Shown: one piece after another, positions 57,613 through 64,000 of the stretch
Layout: the number at the start of each line of letters is the position of its first letter
Numbering within the stretch: position 1 is the stretch's first letter
Assembly (NCBI RefSeq): GCF_006345805.1
Contig: NC_042999.1
Span: 152,272,001 to 152,336,000 of the forward strand
Source of the DNA: Octopus sinensis
Lineage: Eukaryota
DNA: 64,000 nt
Direction of reading: 5' to 3'
Made by a program: the position numbers and the translations under genes
Notes under the pieces: generated by a model
Seen by the model: only the letters and a program-made list of their open reading frames with translations
Database searches by the model: none
What the model was told of the DNA's origin: nothing

Positions 57613-57720
57613 ATGTATATGTATATGTATGTATATATGGGGAGAGAGAGAACGGAGGGGGTATGTAAACAGATCGATATATAGATATATAGACAGAGGG
57701 AGGGAGAGAGAAAGAGGGAG
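56449..57720. repeat. Three near-identical tandem copies of a ~423-bp purine-rich unit
   Basis: AGAGAAAGAGGGAGATAAGGGAAGTG starts at 56449, 56872 and 57296. Confidence 0.93.
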
Positions 57721-57800
57721 AGGTGAGTAGACAGATAGAGAGTGAGATAACGAGAGAAAGAAGGGGAGAGAAACACTTAAACAAGCAGACAAACAGGCAA

Positions 57801-57869
<69 letters not shown>

Positions 57870-57881
57870 AAAAGACTGTTT

Positions 57882-57918
<37 letters not shown>

Positions 57919-58059
57919 ACAGAGAGAAACATACATACATACATACATGGATGGGTAGATAGATAGACAGACAGACAGACAGACACACAGACAGACAGAT
58001 AGATAGATAGATAGATAGATAAACAGAGAGAAACATACATACATACATACATGGATGGG

Positions 58060-58103
<44 letters not shown>

Positions 58104-58124
58104 GAGACAGACAGACAGACAGAC

Positions 58125-58195
<71 letters not shown>

Positions 58196-58823
58196 AAAAG
58201 ACTGCATGTAGAAAGCAAGCAGTTTGATAGTCTGACAGCCAGACAGCCAGACAGCCAGACAGGCAGGCGCATTCAAAGACAGGGAGACAGACTGGTGTAT
58301 AAACAGAACTGGAGAGATAGACCAGTAAAGAAAGAAGACAAAAAACGATTTAAAGAGATGTTAACATCTTTAATTGCTGCTGTTATGACTGATTGTTCCA
58401 AATTTAATGGAGTTGCTGTGTTGGTTTTATTTTTTATTTTTACCCTTAATCTCAATTTAGTAAAGAGCCACAACAACGACAACAACAACAATAACAATAT
58501 CAACAATAATGAACCACACAAGCAATAATAACTGCATCGATAAAAGTGGCAATGATGGCTACGAAAGAAACAATTTACACCTCATAAGTGCTGATGAAAA
58601 CGATATTTTTCTTAAAATTTTCAATTTACTATAAACAACTAAATAAATATTGTGACAATAGTGTTGCCTGTTCACATCACACTGTAGGCGAAACAGCTTA
58701 ACACACACTGCTGTTTGCTACGTTTTGAGAGGGTTTTTTTTAATTACCAGATGGACAAAACTGGAATATTGAAGGTGGTATATGACAACACTAGTACGAG
58801 ATAAGGAAGGTACTTTTAAGGGA

Positions 58824-59220
58824 TGCAAGATATGAGAGAAATAGCTGCCAAATCTCCCTCAAAATTCTCTCTGCTGTCTTATGTATGTGTTACTCGAACC
58901 AAATCTCCCTCCGATCTTTCCATATGTATGAATCAACAAAGAAGCCTCTTTCTTTGTAGCTAAGTGCGATAAAAATAGCAGCCGAATCTCTTCCAAATAA
59001 ATCATATGTAAGAATCATTGAAGACGACTATCTCTCTAGCTAGGTTTGACAAGAAATAACGGCTAAATCTCCCTCAAATCTCTCTCAAGTGTCTTTTGTA
59101 TGTTTCTATACACGTACAAACTAACGAAAAAGCCTTTAATCTCTTTAGCTAGATCTGAGAGAAATAGTAACTAAATCTCCCTCAAATAACTTCCTGCTGT
59201 CTTGTATATGTTTATATGCA
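58824..59220. repeat. Degenerate tandem repeat with recurring AAATARCNGCYAAATCTCCCTCAAAT motif
   Basis: The motif recurs about four to five times at irregular spacing of roughly 50-110 bp. Confidence 0.65.
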
Positions 59221-59920
59221 TGTACGAGATGCCATTAGATTATATCGACCCTAATACTTGATTACTTCTTTAATTTATCGGCCCCGTAGGGATGAAAGGC
59301 AAATTTGACCTTGGTGATCTTTGAACTCAGGTCTAAAGAATTGGAAAAAATACTGCAGGGCATTTATTCCACGCTCTCCATAATCACAATCTATTTTGTC
59401 AGTAGATCTACCGATTCTTGCTATGCATAGTCTTTTACATCTTAACAAATTATGAGAGAATAGTTTCGATTTCCACATCCCAGGGTTGTGGGTTCAGCGC
59501 GATTCCACTCCTGCTTCACGCTGACGAATAGTGTTATGATCTATTGATGCAAGGCGGTGAGCAAGCAGAATCGTTAGCAAACCGGACAAAATGCCTCGCA
59601 GCATTTCTTCCGGCTTCATGTTTTGCGCTCAAATTCCGCAGAGGTCAGCTTTGCCTTTTATCTTCCCGGGTTGATAAAATAATTACCAGAAGAGAACTCC
59701 AGTCAATGTAATCGACTTGCCCCTATCTCACAAACTTTCACGTCTATAGTAGAAAGGATTATGATTTGTTTATGTAAAATATATTTATACAGGTTCATGA
59801 CAGTATTCTGTATCCCTACTACAGTGTTTCCCAAGCCATTTTATCTCAGGTCCCACAATAGGTTTCCAGAAAAAATGTACAGTGAAATACCCTTAAAGGA
59901 ATATCCATACTCGGGAACTA

Positions 59921-60484
59921 TTGAGTTGTCCGGAAAGTTCGTGCCGATTTATAGTAGCTTAACTTTCAACTTATTTTAGAACATGGTTGTGTCCATGAAA
60001 TAGGATATGGCTACACCTCCATTTAAAGCACAGTTTAAGCTATCTTTTCGTGAAGAAGATTTATGTTCCTATAACCTGTGTTAATTCTGTAACCATTTAA
60101 AATGAAGATAAGAAAGTTCATTTTTGACACTTGATGCTTTGGGAACCAGACAAAAATTGCTGCAGCTCGGCTGGGATGTGTTACCCCGTCCTCCATATTC
60201 ACCAGATATTGCTCCTTCGGATTTCCACTTATTCAAGTCTCTGCAGAATAGTCTTAATGGTAAAAATTTCAATTGCTTGGATGACGTAAAAAGATACCTT
60301 GACGAATTCTTTGCCATGAAACCACCTCAATTCTGGGAAGAGGGTAATTTAAAGTTAAAGGAAAGATGAAGACGCATTGTGCAAGAATATGGTTCAGATT
60401 TGGTTGATTAAAAATGTAATGGCAAGTATTTATTGAACTTTTTCTTTCCTTTAAAAATCGGCACGAATTTTCCGGACAACCCAA
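59921..60484 (+). mobile_element. Internally deleted mariner (non-autonomous), copy 2
   Basis: Same TIRs as 6026-6591 with TA on both sides. Same deletion junction and PYSPDIAPSDF motif. Confidence 0.95.
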
Positions 60485-60894
60485 TAGAATAGCGCTATAC
60501 TGTAACAAACAGTCGTCACACAATTTGCTTGACTGGAGGGAGTGGTTTAGCTAAGCTGAGTATTGGTGGAGTAAAAAAAGTTTTTCACAATTCCACATTC
60601 CACTAAAAAAAATCAAAAATAATGAACCCCACGCACCACCACAGTTTTCCCGGGCCCCACGTTGGGAATCACTGCTCGACTGTGTATGTAGCCACCGGTA
60701 TGCATTATGTCTGTTAGTAGAGGGTGTCTCCTGATAATGGGGCACATTTTCAACACGAGCAATTAGGAATAGAACAAATATATTTATTAAGCAATGTACG
60801 AAATACATAACCAGGTTCACCAATCTCGTTATTATAAGACCTGCTCTATATCTATGATGGTATTAGTATGGAAATTACTCAGAATTATGCGTAG

Positions 60895-61720
60895 GCGTTA
60901 GAGTGGCTCTGTAAGTAAGAAATTTGCTTTGTACCCCCATTGTGTGGGCCGACCAATGCCTTGTGAGTAAATTTGGTTGACAGAAGCTGTGGAAGCGTTT
61001 CATATATATATTTCTTTACTACCCACAAGGGGCTAAACGCAGGGGGGACAAACAAGGACAGACAAACGGATTAAGTCGATTATATCGACCCCAGTGCGTA
61101 ACTGGTACTTATTTAATCGACCCTGAAAGGATGAAAGGCAAAGTCGACCTCGGCGGAATTTGAACTCAGAACGTAGCGGCAGACGAAATACGGCTACGCA
61201 TTTCCCCTGACGTGCTAACGTTTCTGCCAGCTCGCCGTTTCATATATAAGTGTGCGTGTACGTGTGCGTGTCTGTCTTTATGTCTGTCGTTTTACCCCTC
61301 CATCGCTTGTCAACCGGTGTTGGTTTATTTACTTCCAAGCAACTAAGCGGTTCGGCAAAAGACACCGATAGAATAAGTAAGTACCAGACTCTAAGAGAAC
61401 GTCTACAATATTTAATTTGTTCGAGGGCGGCGAGCTGGTAGAAACGTTAGCGCGCCGGGCGAAATGCGTAGCGGTATTTCGTCTGCCGTTACTTCCTGAG
61501 TTCAAATTCCGCCAAGGTCGACTTTACCTTTCATCCTTTCTGGGTCGATAAATTAAGTACCAGTTGCGTACTGGAGTCGATCTAATCGAATGGCCCCCTC
61601 CCCAAAAATTCCGGGCCTTGTGTCTAGTGTAGAAAAGAATATTTAATTTGTTCGACTAAAACTCTTTAAGGCGAAGTCCCATCCTGGCTGCCGTCCAATG
61701 AGTGAAAGTAAAAGATAATA
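60895..61720. mobile_element. SINE cluster: family-2 copy interrupted by two family-1 copies (61017-61238 minus, 61424-61638 plus)
   Basis: Family-2 head, body and tail segments are separated by recognisable family-1 copies. Confidence 0.75.
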
Positions 61721-63029
61721 GAATTATACCCGGTTTATATATTCCTTAAGAAAATATTCAATTTGCAACTGATAAGATCGATTAGCTCTAAATGAGATAA
61801 ATATTTTATGAGATGAGGGTTATGTGAAATTTCGCCGTTAACATTTTTGCTGTAGGAAAATTCGCCATAAAAAATTTCGTTTTAAATAACCTCAGTACGT
61901 TTTTTTCAGTAAATTACTTTTTTTTTATAAGACTTGCCTATTTAATGCTTTTATTAAAAAAAAAAACCTTTATCATTCTTTTTTCTATTTTAAAAGATAC
62001 TGGGATAATACGCTTTATCATTGTCTACAATGAGAATTTGTCTGGCGGCGAAATTTCTCACGACGAACTTCACGGAGACGAATATGAGTTATGGAATCCG
62101 TTATGGATAATTAAAGACAGAATGAATGTTTTTAGAGGGTTTTAAAGATTTCATACTAAAACTAATATAAAAGTACGTGTTATTTGCTTCAATAAAAATT
62201 TAAATGTTTGAAGTTGATAATAGAATATTAGATAGAATATTTTGATCTGAAGTAGAATGTAAAAGAAGTTGATCCCCTTAAGAAGCTGATAAAAACAAGA
62301 TGCTATTCAATAGCCAATGACAACCGTCTACACAACCGATGCCACTTAAATATGCGAGCAAGCAAGCATCATAAACATAACACAAGAACGGAGATTATTA
62401 TCATTGGAGTGAAGTTCGAGAATTCGGGAGTTTCTTCATTAGAATAGAAAATGTTTTCTTCTCCAAAAGTTCTTAGCAGTGTAATCATTGCAACGTCTTG
62501 AAATTCCGGTGAACGTATAGCAATTAGAGACAAGAAAATTGCTACAATACTCCATAGTAATGTATGACAAGCCGTAATGAAGTTTGCCGGAACCTTCGCC
62601 ATCATTTGTGCACAGTTTGCAGTTTCACAAACATGTTTAGATACCGCTCCACACGACAATCAATTCTGAGTTTATTGTTAAAGCCTGACGTAAGCTCTAT
62701 TCAATGCGATAAATAAAGAAATGTTACATACTGGGGTTTACTTCATTTGACTTCACAACTGAAAACCAGTCAATCATGTATTACTATAAACGTACAGTGT
62801 GGTCTCAAAACAAACTTAACATTGTGACACCGTGTAAATGGCGTCATATTTTCAATTCTGTTCGCTTGAAACATAATTACATGCACGTTTCTTCTATTTT
62901 GTGTTAAGGTACATCAATTACACTCACGCAAATACGCGCGCCCACACACAGACAGATACATATACAAATACAAACATGCACTCACACACATACAGACTTA
63001 CACACACATACACACACACACTCACACAT

Positions 63030-63171
<142 letters not shown>

Positions 63172-63302
63172 GATAGATAATCATATATTTATATTAATGA
63201 TTACCTATATGTTTTTTTATTACATGCTGGCCACTGATAAGATCATTAATTGATCTTATTTTTATCCTTAATTTGTATGTGTGTGTGTGAGTGTGTGTAA
63301 AT

Positions 63303-63595
63303 ATCACGTGATCGACCAGACTATAGGGTGTTGTTACACATCGCTGATCCCTATACGCTTTGCATCGTTATAATTTTCTAAACGATGCCTCCCCACTGGC
63401 TAGGGAAGCAGGCCAACATTCACTCTGATCGGAAGGCCAGTCCATCACAGAATAACCCCTTTACAGCTGGGTGGACAGGAGCTACGTGAAACGAAACGTT
63501 TTGCTCAAGAACACGACGCGCAACCGGCCTGGGAATCGAAACTACGATCTCAAGATTGTAATCGCAACACGCCTAACCACTAGGCAACACACCTT
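63303..63595 (-). mobile_element. tRNA-derived SINE family 3, full length
   Basis: Minus-strand head TTGCCTAGTGGTTAGG (A box) and GTTTCGATTCCC (B box). The 3' part is homologous to 29188-29297. Confidence 0.8.
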
Positions 63596-63767
63596 TATAT
63601 ATATCAACAGACGGTTTAAAATAAACTTTTTGCTACGTTGAAATCTGCAAGGGTTTGTTCACATCGCAGTATGGTGTATAAGAAGTGCGTTTCAAAATCG
63701 TTTTTACCAAAGGACATTTAAGTACGAACGTAAATATCAGTTACATTTCAATCTAGCTAGATGGATA

Positions 63768-64000
63768 TCTTTATATATAAAAGTGAGGTTGTGTGCTGTC
63801 TGTCTCCTACGATTTAGATTCCTAACTACTCCCACATTTTGCGGTGCAGTGTAACCAAAACCAGGTATCTTATTATCGTGATTCATATCGAGCCCTTCTG
63901 GGTATTAGCGCGCGTTTACGATGAGTCTACGATTTAAAAAAAAAATTACCATAATTTTTTTCCACTTTAATGCATTTTTTTCGCTATTATATAAGGGAAG
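63768..64000 (+). mobile_element. Probable Helitron 5' end, running off the window
   Basis: A|TCTTTATATATAAAAGTGAGGTTGTGTGCTGTCTGTCT has the same architecture as the 5' end at 39894. The 3' end is not visible. Confidence 0.55.

Noticed and set aside
61815-62100. GAAATTTCGCCG / CGGCGAAATTTC inverted motifs, a possible MITE
   Set aside because: Termini and TSD could not be defined, and no second copy is present in the window.

Overview
This is a repeat-dense, AT-rich eukaryotic window with no intact protein-coding gene that I can support. Most ORFs in the track are microsatellite translations (YIYI, SIYL, CVCV runs). The repeat landscape looks like an octopus/cephalopod genome; that is an inference from the SINE types and the very high microsatellite load. 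Decayed retroelements: one CR1, three RTE, two Tx1/L1-clade LINE pieces and one Penelope-like fragment. DNA elements: mariner deletion derivatives and non-autonomous Helitrons. At least four tRNA-derived SINE families are present, plus several tandem arrays. The most unusual structure is a 4.3-kb array of about 8.8 copies of a hairpin-rich ~490-bp unit (44381-48686). It flips orientation at a fold-back junction and is bracketed by a 15-bp direct repeat, as if inserted in one event. Two SINE families share 3' tails with LINEs present in the same window (SINE family 1 with the Tx1 element, family 3 with an RTE). Other notable items are a twin-priming-type inverted RTE, a snap-back Tx1 5' junction, and a 1.1-kb tandem duplication with a chimeric SINE at its junction. 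All alignments were done by eye, so boundaries are approximate. Noisy repeat copies suggest long-read consensus errors, so some duplications and fold-backs could be assembly artefacts.
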